NCBI GenBank assembly: GCA_905178155.1 | Contig: CAJINV010000003.1 | Coordinates: 4,933,863-4,997,862, forward strand | Length of the DNA: 64,000 bases | DNA from: Amoebophrya sp. A120 | Taxonomy: Eukaryota; Protista; Dinoflagellata | Reading direction: 5' to 3' | Shown here: in pieces, positions 37,195 to 49,959 of the stretch | How positions within the stretch are numbered: the first letter of the stretch is position 1 | How the letters are laid out: every line of letters begins with the position of its first letter | Notes under the pieces: model-generated | The model's input: the letters and a program-made list of their open reading frames with translations, nothing else | What the model was told of the DNA's origin: nothing | Database searches by the model: none | Position numbers and translations under genes: made by a program

Positions 37195-40100
37195 CTACGC
37201 CGCGTCGCTGTTTAAGCGGTCGATGGTGTCACCGAGGAGCAGGCTGTAAGTCCGCGTCCGCTGCGGGTCCGTGAGGTCTTCCCAGGAGGTCGTGAGAAAC
37301 TCCTCGTCCAAGCCGTCCAGGGCCTGGAGTTGGAGAATCAAGCCCCGGCGCACGCTAACGTCCAAACACCCGTCCTTTTCGATGATGCCGTCCGCCCAGG
37401 TGCCGAGCACCTGCCGTGTGCGCGGGCGGACCTTGGTCCGACTGTCCTGGAGCCGCTGCAGCACGGACTTGTGCTCGAGCAAGACGTGTGCCGCACTCTG
37501 GATGTCGTTCTCCAGGATGCGCACGACCAAGGCCGCGATCAGAATGTCCACGTTCAGCGAGGATGCGAGGGGTCGTGCGCGGGAAAGCAGACCTTGGTTG
37601 TCCTCTAAGGTGTGAACCGCCTCCTGCACCTCCTGCGCCTCGATGTACGCAAGACAGTCTGTCGTCTTCCCCTGGTCCGTGTACGCGGGTCGCCGGCACA
37701 TCGGGCAGAGACAACTACTCCCCTGCGAACGTGCCCATCGCTCTAGGCACCTGTTGTATAATCGAGACATTATGTCGAGTAGTTCCGATTCTACATCTAG
37801 TTGTACTTTTAGCTGTAGTTTCAAACGGAAAATGCTATCCTGAGCTCTCACAAAAGCATCGGTCTCAGCCTCATCCTCTTGATGAGTAGTCCAGAGTAAT
37901 CATCTTTCTACGACCAGTTTCAATTTCTACTTGACTCAATAAACTCACAACTACATTCCCAAAAAAACAATGCGCAAATTATCAATACGCAGCGTGGTAG
38001 ATGTGGTCGCACTCCGGCATAGTCCGCACCAGCTCCCCTTCCTCGAACTCCGTGAGACAGATCGTACAGCTAGGGGCACTGTCGCTGCCGCTGAGACTGG
38101 TGGCACTACTTTGCCTTTCCGCGCTCCTGGTTCCCAAGAGCGGCTCCTTCCTCGGATCTGTTGCTTTATTGCTGGGCGACGGCGAAGCAGAAACTACTCG
38201 TGCGGCTCCACCTGCGTTGGGCCGCGCACTGGCTTGTTCCTCGCCTTCTCCAACCTCGACGCCGAGGAGCAAGCGCTGCCGCCTCGCGTTGGGCGACACG
38301 TTCGACTCTGCTTGCTCTCCCTCAGCACGACCCCGTCTTCGTCCGCGATTCCGCCGTGTTGACGCGGTTGCTGCTTCCGCCTCGTCCTGGTGGGAGAACT
38401 GAAACGTGCGCTCGAACGTACTGGTGAGATAATCCATGATCGACCCCGGCGGTGCAGCGCCGGCCGCTCCCGTCTCGCCCTCCTCCGTCTGCGGTCGATC
38501 GGACACGCCGGTCTCTGCTGGTCTCGCCCCCCGGGCAGACGACGGGGACCGCCGCGCCGTTGACGAGGAACTGCTGGAGGTGCCTGTCAGAGGTCGTTGT
38601 ACGTGGACCGGTTGAGAAGAAGATTGATCCATGTTTACTGTTACCACGAGATCGCTTGGCGCTCGTGTACTCACCGTAGAGGTAGTTGCCTCGGAGAGTA
38701 TAGACGCGTTGTCATCTTCCATACAACCGCCCACAGGATCATCTAGCTCGCGAGCCTCGTCCCCGCCACTGCGACCACCGGAGCGGGGTGGTCCTACGAC
38801 GTCGGTGGCGCCGTCGTCGTCCTCCGATGAAGCCGCGGGAGCCGCGACATCGAGTGCAACATCATCGGCGTCCTCTTCAGGATGGACCTCTGCTGGTTTT
38901 TTCCTGTTGGCCGCGCCACCAAGCTTCTTTTGCTCCTCTTTCTTCTTCCGCCGCGCGTCCAAGTTGTGCAACTCGCGCGAGAACGGTTCCGGCGTCAACA
39001 AAAACTGGGTATTCGGGTCCGGCCGCTCTTCCGGTCCATCCATCCCCGGGTTCCAGCCGCGCCCGCGTCCGCGCATGCCAATCAGGGCGGCCAAAAATTG
39101 CGGAAATTTCCGCCCCGTGGCCGTGGTCGACAAAAGCAGAAGGTCGCACCCTGTGGTCGAATCATGTATGACAAAATTGTGGACAGTAATCAGTATCAGT
39201 TTCAGTAGTTGGTCATTACGATCTTCTAAAAAATGAAACGCAAGATATGCTCGACATTCAGCCGAACATCAAAACATGTTTGTAATGGAGTCTCATGCTT
39301 GTTCTACTTACATTGTCGAAGCACATAGGCTAGAACTATATCTACACTAAAACTTACTTACCCATGAGGAAGCTGAGAATCACGAGCGTTATCCTGCGGA
39401 CGTCGTATGTGCCCGGATCGACGTTGTTGTGGTCGTGGTCGTCCTCCTCCTTCTTGATTAGGACGGTGAGGCACACCCAGTCTGCCGAGAGGAGGATGAC
39501 GAAGAACGCAATGCGACCGGCCCGGAACACGGAGCAGGGCTGCTCGATGCCGTGGCCCATGGCAAACACCATGGCCACGAACTTGGTGAGGATCAGCGAG
39601 GAGAGAAACAGTCCGAGCCCGTTCATCTTCTGCAGGACGAACCACTCCTTCGGCGCATCGGCCGCGGCACCGTAGAGTGCGATCTGGATATTCAGGATGA
39701 CCAGCGGCACGACAAAGAACACGATCCGCGTCAGCACGCAGAGTCCCACCTGGTTGGGGTTGTTCACCCCCCGTGCCTGCAACCGGTATCGTCGTGTGCA
39801 GTCGAAAAGCTTGCGGCTAGAGCACGCGATAATCAGCAGCACCAGGAACGGCACGCAACACATCTCCTTCAGAAACTGGTGGCCGGTTACCGCGCCGACG
39901 CCCAGAATCGCCACTGGGTTCGCGAGCCACACCATCGGAACTAGCAGCCCCATTTTGCGTCGAAAGCAGGCCGGCCCAGACTCCATCTAAAAATTTGAAT
40001 AAGTCTTCCTCTTCGATTGCCAAACAAACAACCAGGAAAGGGTATATTCAGGGTTTAAAAGTAAAACCAAAGAACCCACTTGTGCAGAACTCGGGAAGCA

Positions 40101-40458
40101 TTTTTCACCTAACTAATATCTCATCTTGGTGAACACCTACTTACTACTGCAAACTGAGATGCCTGTCTCAACATTTTCATCTTGTTTTGAGAGCAGCAGC
40201 GGTGGCACATCAAAACAATGGGCTGTAGTGCAATACCAGTCGTCTGAGCACGAGCATGCTGAAGGTGCCAATCGCGAGAACGCCGATGGCGTAGGCACAA
40301 ACGGTGCAGATGTACCAGCTCGCGGCGTCCAGCTCGCCCTTGCTTTGCGACCAGTGCGTCCAGAGGAGCGCGCCGGGAAACAGCCAAAATAAACCCACGC
40401 CGCAAAACCGCATCACGCCAGCCTCCAGGTCTTCGATCGACAGGCGGGGCCACGGCAT
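37195..40458 (-). CDS. Membrane-anchored RING-H2 E3 ubiquitin ligase (ATL/RNF-like), multi-exon
   Basis: CTICLTEFEEGELVRTMPECDHIYHAA|CLERW...CPMCR, joined across a GTATT...CAACAG intron. Hydrophobic upstream exons at 39354-39986 and 40210-40458; their attachment is inferred. Confidence 0.85.
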
Positions 40459-41255
40459 AGTGCCCGTTGCTGCTGCCCTCCTTCTTGCGCCGCGACGTAG
40501 CTTCTTCTATCCGAATTCTTGTCGGTATGGATCAATATTTTGTTCTCACGCACAAGGCCGTAGGTACTATGCGTGCCATTTTTCTTTTCGGCGAGCGGCG
40601 AGGAGCCGAATGCTGCCTAAAAGTTCCGCGTCGCTTCTGCCACGTCTTGCGATTCTTACATCTTCGATCTGGGCGGAGATAGAATGGAAGCACGAGTAAG
40701 TCTCGAAAACGCGACGATGCGAAGTATGGGGGCGAGAACGAAAAAGGGGATGCCTTTCACTTTTACAATACTTTGTTCGACGACACATTTCTGTTCGCTT
40801 TCGAGAGACCTGTTTCCACGTTTTTGTCCGCGAGGCCGTCGGGTCACTTTGCTAAAAGATTGTGATTCTCTCAGTCCAAATAGAAAAGAGAAAAAATGAA
40901 ACCGACCGCCATCGACAAGTTCAAACCACGTACAACTGAACACCCTCGTCTCTGTTTTTCCACGGAAGGTTCTCCCGTGTCAGCTATTGTTCTTGGTCGT
41001 GCAAACAAAAACCTAAACTTCGCATAGACAACTTTTAGTTTTGACTGGTTCGTTCTCAAAGACGTGTTTTTTCGAACTTTGACGGACACAGTACAACGAA
41101 GTGTGAAAATTGTAGCCGTCACAGACATTTATGCGAATTGACCAGGTGAGAAGTGGCAAAAACATCACAATCCGAATCCTTGCTAAAGCTGCATGAGCAT
41201 GATTGCTTTTGCACGCTCGGTGCCTATTGTACACATAATATTCGTAAGTACATCG

Positions 41256-42935
41256 TCAGCCAGCTTGATTATAATTCTGAGGTTCCTTCCTGTCCGCTTT
41301 CGCCGCCTGATCTTTCTGCGTTTTCTGGAAGGGCAAATCCCAAAACCCAGCTGGTGTGTAGCTCACCGGCCAGTTCTCCCATTGGGTGCGGATCTTCTTC
41401 CGCAGCGGTTCCCGCTCATATGGGTTCTGTCGCTCGTAAGAAATTTTTTCCCAGACGTTCAATTTCTTCTCGGCGTCCCCTTCTCCCGCGTTAGAAGACC
41501 CACTCTCTGCCGCCTTTCTCGGACGCTTTTGCTGGAGGTACTGCTGCATTTTGGCATTGCGAGTATTGCCGCGCGTCGTACTCGAGGACGCAGCGCCGAC
41601 GTGGTGCGGAATCGGAGCTCCTACTTCTACATTTGGCTGTATTTTCGTAGATGAAACAGCACTTGCTGGTGCTCCACCACTGCCAAGAAGTATGTCGCTT
41701 CGTGTGATGTGTCCCTTCTTGTTCGAAGAGCTAGCGTTATTGGTCCAGAATTCGCTATCTAGCGGGGGCACTCGAGAAATCGCAGAAGGAACACCCACCG
41801 CAGCTGGATCCTGTTGCACGTTCGCATTCGATGAAGCGCTTGAACTTGTAACTGCAGCTACAGATGCACCTTCATCTGGACCTGTCTTCATCGTTGGCCG
41901 AGAATTCTTGTGGCGGCCTTTTTTGTTTTTCTCGCCCGTGACTAGCAGAGAGAAGTCCGACGGATTGTCTGCGAAGGCGTTCCGGTTGGCGCGAGTCTCA
42001 TTTTTGCCACGAGGACCCGTAGTATCATTTCCTGCCTCTGCGACAATCTCGTCTGGAGGTCTCGAGCAATTTCCTGCAGCCTTTGTCCCGGCAAACGCCA
42101 AATTCGAGGATGAACTGCTGTCGCAAAACTCTTTATTCGGTTCCACGATTACATCAGTGCGCGGTCTCTTGTCTGGCCTTTCAGAGGACCCACAAACCGT
42201 GCTGCCGGCTTGTCCACGCAAAACTCTCTGCTTCTTGAAGCCTTTCCGTCCCGACGCAGGACCATCGCCGTAAAAGACAACCTAGAAGCAATAAAGCAAG
42301 CACTATGACAACCTCGCGTAGACAAGAATGGTAAGAGCACTATGACGTGACGACCTCGCGCAGACAAGCAAAGGGCACACACAGGTCCACCTCCCCTACA
42401 TACTTATATGGAAGCAGCGAAAACCAAAACATCACCAATAGTAAGTCCATACCTTCTCCTGCTCGTCGTCACGTGTGCTTTCCTGCAGTTCAGGTTCAGG
42501 TAGGGCAGCATTGCCACCAGTGCGAGCGGTAGTTCGTTCTGGTTTTCTCATTGCGTCTGCGCTGCCGAGCTCGCCCTCCCCATTTTCACGCAATTTGACT
42601 GCCTCGCGCCCCTCCGGGGTCCTCTCGGCTGCATGCCCTACCTGCCGGTCGCGTTCCTTATCAGCAGGCTGGATAATTGCTTTCGTCTCTATTGCGTGAT
42701 TCGGTTCACGTCCGGTAGCAGGAGCGGTAGCCGCCGCAGAAGTACTAGATGAACTAGCTGCTGCCTTTCCCTTCGCAACCGCAACCGAAACGGCCAGCTG
42801 CCCCTCCAAGAACGTGATCCGCTTTTGGAACTGCAAGATCTCTTGTGCATGGGCTTTTTTCATCCGCGTGACTTTGCTCGTCAAATCCTCCACCTTGCGC
42901 CGTAGCTGCTGTATCTTCTCCGCGTCTGTCGCCAT
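41256..42935 (-). CDS. Hypothetical protein with N-terminal coiled coil, at least 2 exons
   Basis: MATDAEKIQQLRRKVEDLTSKV..., a GTATGG donor near 42450 and a downstream ORF 41256-42221. Confidence 0.6.
42299..42368. repeat. Imperfect ~30-bp duplication within a probable intron
   Basis: AGCACTATGAC-AACCTCGCGTAGACAAG versus AGCACTATGACGTGACGACCTCGCGCAGACAAG. Confidence 0.7.
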
Positions 42936-43520
42936 CCTTTCTTGATTCTTTCGGTGCGGCAGGCTCAAACGAACAAAAACAACACTAGACCAAAAGTCAC
43001 ATTTGGAATTCAAAACGAAAACCGTGCGAACGAGGACTTGAAGAGTGGTATTCAGCCGACGCTCTTCGAGCAAACACGGTGATAGAGTACAGATCAATCA
43101 GAATCCAGAACGGCACGACGCAAAAGTCTCACCAAGCAATGGCTCTCCCTCTTTCAAACACGACAAAACTCACAGGCAGACAACGCGATCTCCTGAAGAC
43201 AAAGCATCACACACGAGCACGATGATGAACACGAGTATTCCTCTTCCTCACCTACAGCGTTAGAATACGTATGCCGTGCCCCTCTTTGCCTTTATTCACT
43301 TGCTTCAGAGGACACAGGTACATTCGGACACATACGGAATTCATTGCGATGTTGTAGATGAGCGAGGATCGCCCAAGTAAGAGGCACTTGACAAAATAAA
43401 TCAGTGCTATTTTTCAAATGGAATGAGAATTGCTCTACCGCGATGACGATGAGAATGTGCATGCGCTTACTCTTTCACGCACTTTCATCTTACGGCGTCT
43501 TTTTGTACCAGGCGGAATCG

Positions 43521-46500
43521 TCAGCCAATCCTTCTCGTATTTTCGAACTGGATCAGAGGACACTCTGCAATCGCGCCACATACTTCGACTCTGCCCGACT
43601 CTGACACATTATCCTTGAAGAGAACGCGGTCTCCTTTTTCGAACACCGTCCCTGCCAGGCCGTACTCGCAACCGCGAAAGTAGGAATTGAGACACCTGAT
43701 ATCCAGTCGGTGAGGAGCAGCCGCGCTGGTCAAAAATCCCCCTTTACGGCTCCCTTGTAAAATGTGGACGGCACGCCTGACATTCTCGAACGCCGTGCAG
43801 TTCGCCTCGTCCACGACTGCGCCGGATTGATAAGTCTCTGAGTCGATGTGTATCCAGCTACCGCTTAGAATTTGGTCGACTTCAATCGCCGCAGATAAGT
43901 TGTGAAAATTGCAACCCAAAACGCACACGGAGCCACTGACTGACTGAATTCCAATGGTACTGCCAGTACTCGGAGGCACGAGGCCGCGATCGCTATAAAA
44001 TTTGCAGCGAAGAAAGACCGCTGGCGCTATCGAGGGCCCACAGGCAACGCCTGCGACCGAGGGGCGACAAAGGTTGAAGCGGCAGTCTGTGAAATAAGGC
44101 CCCGGCTGTTCGAAACCCACCTCCGTGCAGCATGCTTTGGCTCTTGGTGCAAATAGCGCGTGAGTCGTGTTTTTGCTCCCAAGATTGTCGCTCAGTAAAG
44201 CCTTGAGGCCAGCCTGCGCCGCTTCAATAGTTGTGATTGCGTTCTCGCCGTTCTCCGCGCCCCACGATGTACCAGCTGGCGCAATCGCTACGGCCTTGAC
44301 TTTTCGCGCATCGTGTGCGTCCCGGCGGGACATAGGAGGTAGCCATCGCTTCTCTACAATCCTGCTCCCACAAACAATGCCCGCACGTTCAGCCCAAAGC
44401 GGATTCGCCTCGTCGCTAGGTAATTTACGGACGCACAGGGACGCATTCGGGACCAGCTTCAGGGCGAGAAGCTCTTCCGCTGTGGGGGCGATAGCATCAG
44501 CAGCACCTGTCTTGGGCCCACCGGCTTTGTACAATACGCCTACCCGTCCAGATCGTGCCTGCACACCCTCAACAACCATCATTGCGGTTGCAGTCTGGCC
44601 TGCCATCGTGCTGCCGCTCCATTTTGTTACTGCTTCGCTAGGCGGTCGGAACAGGATTCTGCGGAATTGGCATTGCCGATTGTAGACGCGGAGTGGCTAT
44701 CCACGGAAAACAAGTTTGTGTCTAAGTGGTTGCAAAGCTTGCACCTGTATCTGCATACCGCTCGGGTGGCGTCAACAGGCCTCATGTCTTCAAGATCCGC
44801 ATGCAGAAAGGCGCAACGCGTTGGCTATGCGACGAAGCCACTTCTAGCGCGCGCTAATTATGAAACACATTCAAACTTATGACTCATTGACCTATTGGAA
44901 GCCCTTACGTGCAAAGCAACCCTCCAGACCCAGACCTTGTTGCAAGGCATAGACAGCCAGGGCCTACCTCCAAAACCGCCGCGCCGTGCAGTTGGTCCTC
45001 ACGCTGGAAGCACTGCTTCGGATTGCGCGCCTGCATTCGCCTACGATAGCGCCGCGCCTCTTTTCCCAAGGGCCGGCCTTCGATCAGCAGGGAGCCCCGG
45101 ATCTCCAGCGGCTTCAAAATTGCTTTCCCCGTCTTGACAGTTTGGTCTTCAAGCAGCACGATTCGGAAGTACCGGTCGTCCGCCGGCGCCTGTGCAATCG
45201 CCTCTGCAAGCGTTTCGCAGTGATCGGGCACCAGAATGCAGTACGGATCGTTGAAGGGACTTCGCATAGCATCCAGGGAAAACATGTCTGGGTCTGGGAC
45301 ATTACAACTTGCGGCCCTGGCGCTGCCTTTGGATTCTACAGAGCTATGCATTGCGTGGGCAGGCACGGGAGTCCAGTTTTTGCCACGACGAGAGGCCATT
45401 TCTCATGCGGCATATATAAGGAGCCATCAGGAAGCCCTCACGAAGTCTGTAAAAATTTTGCGGCACCCATTAAGAACATCTTCATGGGTCATGCAAAATT
45501 GGGATGACTATGCGCGAAATCTGCCTGACGCAAACATATTTTCAGTCAGTACATCGCGACCGGATGCGACAACGCCCACGACGGCAGGGCGTCAGAATCC
45601 TGCGCCGAGAGGCTGCTTCCGCGGTGTGTTTCGTGGTACAGCTCGAGCGCCTCGCGACTCAGCCGGCTCGAGATTGGGTCGAGAAAGAGACGGAAAATGC
45701 AAAACGCGATCCGCTGGTATGCCCCGGCCACCCCCAGCTCCAGGATTCCCGTTTTTGTGTCCAGCTCCAGGCGCACGGTGGTCGCCTTGCCGCGTAGGCG
45801 GGACACCTGGCGGCGGCTGCGTGCCTGCTCGGACATCGCTTCACATGCCTCCCCGTCTGCGGGCCTTCCCGTTGGCGGCCGCGTGAGTTTCTCCAAGTGC
45901 AGAACGTACTCGCAGCGGTAATGTCGGTCGCCGATAGGTCTCCATCTCGGAGGCTGCAAAAGGTCTGCAAGACATTCACACTCATCGTCACGCGCGAGCA
46001 TCAAGGCCACGAGCGGGCGTCCGGGCGGTTGAAAGCGAGCCGCGTCCGTGTCGGTCGACCCCGCTCCGTTCAAAAAAAGATCGATAAAACCCCGCCGCAT
46101 TTCCTTGCCCATGCCGGGCGGGCGGAACTTCCCGCGCAGTCGGTGCTTTTCCGGAAGGTCTCGCAAGAGCCTCTGTGCTATGCTGGCAGAGAGCTCGCTC
46201 GTCAGAAACTCCGCGCTGCTGCAGTGGATGACGCGAAACCGCGGATGAGCCTTGAGTGTCCTGTGTGGCAAGCGGTCGGCATAGGTTCCAGCCGCGTCGA
46301 AACAGGGGCGGCCCGCTTGCTGCTTGTATCGTGTTGGTAGCTGGAAAAGGCTCGAAGTTTCTTGCGCTTCTGTGTACCAGCAGCGCCCGCTTTCTGCCCA
46401 TCGATTCAAGTCGCGATACATGTCGAACGCTTCGCCCTCCTGCTTCAACAACTCGGGCAGAAAAACGCCTCGAACGAATTCCCCTGGAGGTGTTGGCTTT

Positions 46501-48427
46501 GCGGCGACCCCTGATCGCTTACTGCGCAGAGCCTGTTCCTCCTTCTTTAGCAGCTCCTGCAATAGGGCCTCTTCGGTTGAGATCAGACGCGAAACGAGAG
46601 CAGCTCCGGAATCTACTTGCGAAAATCCGTCCACTTCTTCTCCCTCTTCCTCTGTGGCAGGAGCGGCTACTGCTTTCCTAGCCTTCCCCTTCTGGTACGC
46701 CGACAGCTTGGGCTTGACGCTCTCCAGAACGCGCAGAGGGGTCATGCCGCGAACCCACTCCAGCTTCGGCCAGTTGCGCCGGTCGTAAAAATCATCGCTA
46801 TTCACGTTCACATCCCTTGTTCGATCGAACTCTACGTCCACAACCGCGAAAGGCGTCACCGGGCGGCCTTCGTGCTCGACCTCGATCATGTTTCTGTGCC
46901 GCGGCTGCATTTTATCCTTGTCGAGCTTTCGCCTGTCCCTCTCTTCCTTTTGCTTGTCGTTGTCGTGCTTCTGTGCCTGGTTTTTCGAGAAGAGGGAATA
47001 CGTGGCCGGGTCGCGGCGGTGCCGATCGCGATACTCCTCGAGCGAGACCGTCTGCCCTTGGTTTGGTTCGTGGGGGTCGGAAAACTCCGGGCACCACATC
47101 CGCTCCCGCTTGTCGTTGAAGCAGGCGCGCAGCGATGGCGATGGCTTCGTAAGCAGGTCGTCGAACACATCCTCCCAGAACTCCGCCTCGAATTCGACGA
47201 CGCAGCGCGGTGCAGGTGCTTGCTTGGAGCTGCTGCTACTTAACGAACGAAGAACCTGGACCAGCTGCTGTCTGTCAACGCCCGAGTCTGTGCTCCGGTA
47301 CAACCATCGCGCGTCCTTGTTTGCCAATCGCACCAACCGGAGCCGCCACCCCTTTTCGACCCTGCAGCCTGCTTCATGCTCATGCTTCGCCGGCTTCTTC
47401 GCTCCAGCGCTGCGCGTCCACGGGTCGACCTCAAGTGCGCCGGATCCGGCGACCTGTCCTGTCTCGGTGCGGTTGTCCACTGTTTCTCTGACGTGCCCCG
47501 TCTCCAGCTCGATGTAGTTCTGCAGAAGTGTCAGCGTTTCGAGGTGAGACAGCTCGAAAGCCCGCCGCTGAGAGTTCACCTTGTCGGAGCAGTAGAAGTC
47601 TTTCATCCTTGGCAGGTTTGCCTTAAAAGCGGTCAGAGTCTCCTTGCGAATGACGCGGACAGAGTCTTGATCTACAAGCAGGGGGCGCTCGACCATCTCC
47701 GCGCTAGAGGGTTTTTCCGAATCACCTAGCGCCGTGCCTTTCTCTTGTCGCGCCTGTTCTTCGCCGCTGGCGTCGGAAGTCGCGGCGGCTACATCGGCGG
47801 AAGTTTCTTTGCCTGGCGGAGCTCCTAATGCCTTCCAGTCTAGGTGAAGAGAGATTTTTACTTTCTCCTTGTTTCTGGACCATCCGGTTGACGAGAAAAT
47901 GTAGCAGCGGAGCCCTTATCAAATGCAAACATGTCTGGGTCAGGGTAAGAGCTGCACGCGACTTCGCTTGTCGTAATAAATGAGTATCTATTGCGTAACT
48001 ACACCGCGCCGCTTTGCACGGCGTAAACGCATCACAAATTTTTCGGGTGGGGTGGCATTGCGAGGTTTGTTTCTGCAGTATTTTCTTTGCATGCACACAG
48101 GCTTCCACCACAACCCAAAATAAAGTGGCAACAGCCACACGCATTCATGCGTCTTTCAAATTTCGCATCACAAATCAAGACCCAGACATGTTTGCAATGC
48201 ATAACCCCAAGACCTTCGGGAAGAACTTCCGCATGACCATCGCGCGAAGCTCCAAAAACCCGGGAAAGAGCACAGAACTTGGACTGAGCTGCTCTAACGT
48301 CTGTGCCGCAGTTGCGCCGAGCTCCCCACCTGCCCCAGCAGCTGCGTCCTTGCCTCGGACCGGGGCTGTGACGTGAGTGCAGTTTTTTTCTTCTCATGCC
48401 GACTATTATCTCTTCTGCACGCGCCAT
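43521..48427 (-). CDS. Large protein with a probable C-terminal right-handed beta-helix (pectin-lyase-like) region, interrupted by three degenerate TIR elements
   Basis: Removing each element plus 5 nt joins ...FFPKVLG|(L/F)RCYIF..., ...HPVAM|RSPFNDPY... and ...EVGPG(C)|LRVYNRQ.... ILVPDHCETLAEAIAQAP...RIVLLE...KPLEIRG resembles a beta-helix N-cap. The start is uncertain. Confidence 0.7.
44698..44951. mobile_element. Highly degenerate family A element (254 bp)
   Basis: Right end TCCAGACCCAGACCTTGTTGCAAGGCATA; eroded left end TATCCACGGAAAACAAGTTTGTGTCT. The TSD is no longer recognisable (GTGGC/GACAG), but removal of element plus 5 nt restores the frame. Confidence 0.7.
45270..45551. mobile_element. 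Degenerate family A element (282 bp)
   Basis: Left end CATCCAGGGAAAACATGTCTGGGTCTGGGA; right end TGCCTGACGCAAACATATTTTCAGTCAGTA. TSD CATAG/CATCG (4/5). Removal restores the frame. Confidence 0.82.
47917..48203. mobile_element. Family A element with eroded TSD (287 bp)
   Basis: Left end TATCAAATGCAAACATGTCTGGGTC; right end GACCCAGACATGTTTGCAATGCATA. TSD GCCCT/ACCCC (3/5). Removal restores the frame. Confidence 0.9.
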
Positions 48428-48533
48428 GGATGCCTGATAAACTGCGCTCCATCTTATACGAATAAAACTTGAGAGGCTCTGCGCCTAAGTGCGTGCATTC
48501 GAAAGACTAAGCACATTAAGAAAATCTACATAG

Positions 48534-49262
48534 TTACGATGTACCATTCAGCTCTGGAATGTACGCCCATCCGCAGCGATCCTTCCGGGGAATTCGTGGA
48601 TCTGCGTGCCTGATGTCGCGGATTCGTGCTTTCTTGTCGACCTCGATGCCGAACTCCGCGAACCATGTCTCTGCGTCTTCCAATTTCAGAGAGTCATAGG
48701 CCAGGTCAATGTCTTCCATGAAGCAAAATACCGGAGTGAGGAACGGCGTGAGCGGCAACGAAATTCCCCGTGCCCAGAGCCACACGCTGATGAGCCGAAA
48801 CGTTTCCCGGTCAACATCCGAACGGAAGACCTGCTTGCCTGTGCGGGTAAAGGGGCACCCCTGGGGCCCACAGAAGTACGACACTCCTCCCTTGGTCTTG
48901 TCGCGCTTGAAGTCTTGCTCCCTCTCCACGTCTTTGGTTCTCAACCAGACAAAGAGCTCGTAGAAAATCCATTTCTCCAGATCACTGAGGCCGTCGCGCT
49001 TGCCGTACCGCCACAGGGTGTCACCCTTCCAGTCCTTGACACGGTTACCCTTCTCGTCCTCCCCGTCGAAGTTTGCCAGAGCGGCATCGATGCGGCGATT
49101 TTGCTCGTGGTTATATAGCGACTTTGCGAGCGCCAGCGCAGCGGGTTCAGATGGCGTTCGTAATTCGTCGGGCTGCTTCGCCTTTTCCGAAGTCTGCACC
49201 AGAGCAAACCCATGGCTATCACGCATGGCACTGGGCGTGGTAGTGCCTTCTGCGCTCGTCAT
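48534..49262 (-). CDS. Hypothetical protein, 242 aa
   Basis: ATG-started ORF with globular-protein composition. No recognised domain. Confidence 0.7.
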   Translation of the reverse strand: MTSAEGTTTPSAMRDSHGFALVQTSEKAKQPDELRTPSEPAALALAKSLYNHEQNRRIDAALANFDGEDEKGNRVKDWKGDTLWRYGKRDGLSDLEKWIFYELFVWLRTKDVEREQDFKRDKTKGGVSYFCGPQGCPFTRTGKQVFRSDVDRETFRLISVWLWARGISLPLTPFLTPVFCFMEDIDLAYDSLKLEDAETWFAEFGIEVDKKARIRDIRHADPRIPRKDRCGWAYIPELNGTS

Positions 49263-49959
49263 TCTTTCATTTGCGCGGTACGTAAAAGAGCCGGTGTGCG
49301 GTCACACCTGAATAAAGACAACCACAACACAGTCACAGCAAGACAATCTTCATATAAATTACAGGAGATACAGCATAACCATAAGCTTAAGCATAAAGCA
49401 CTAAAAAAATAAATGGTGCAAACAAGACGATACCAACAGCAGGTAGCGGATAGAAGTAAGTTTATTTCTCCAGACTGGCCAAAACATCTAAAGCAAAATC
49501 CACAATCACAAAAAAGACTCCGTACGAAATCCACAAACAGCAGCGAAGAACTTTTCGGATCGCTAAGATCGAACCAACAGCATCGTCAAAATGCCTCGAA
49601 TTGAGCAGGATCTTCCCAGTACTCCGAAAGATCAGAGACTGATCGTATGTGAAGAACCCTGATCGACAACGATAAGAACCTGTCTTGAGGCACAACTGCA
49701 CCAGGCTCGCTTTATTTTCTTGGCACAACTACAGGAGACTCACATCGAACACATAAGGCAATCACGCAGATCGCGCGTAATATTCAGTCATGATATTAGC
49801 AACTGCCTGTAATCCGGCCGCTTGCGAGGTAAAAGCTCGCCATGATCAGAAAAATACTCGTTGTCGCTATGGTGTCAGAACAAGAACATGTGACTAGGAT
49901 GTCTGTGCCTACTCTCGTTTCGTTGAAGAAAATCCAGGTGTAACCAACTTTACACGTTG

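Noticed and set aside
47704-47725. Apparent 22-nt GT-AG mini-intron joining ORF 47722-48144 to the 716-aa ORF
   Set aside because: The frame of the 716-aa ORF is already open up to the element at about 47915, so no intron is needed.
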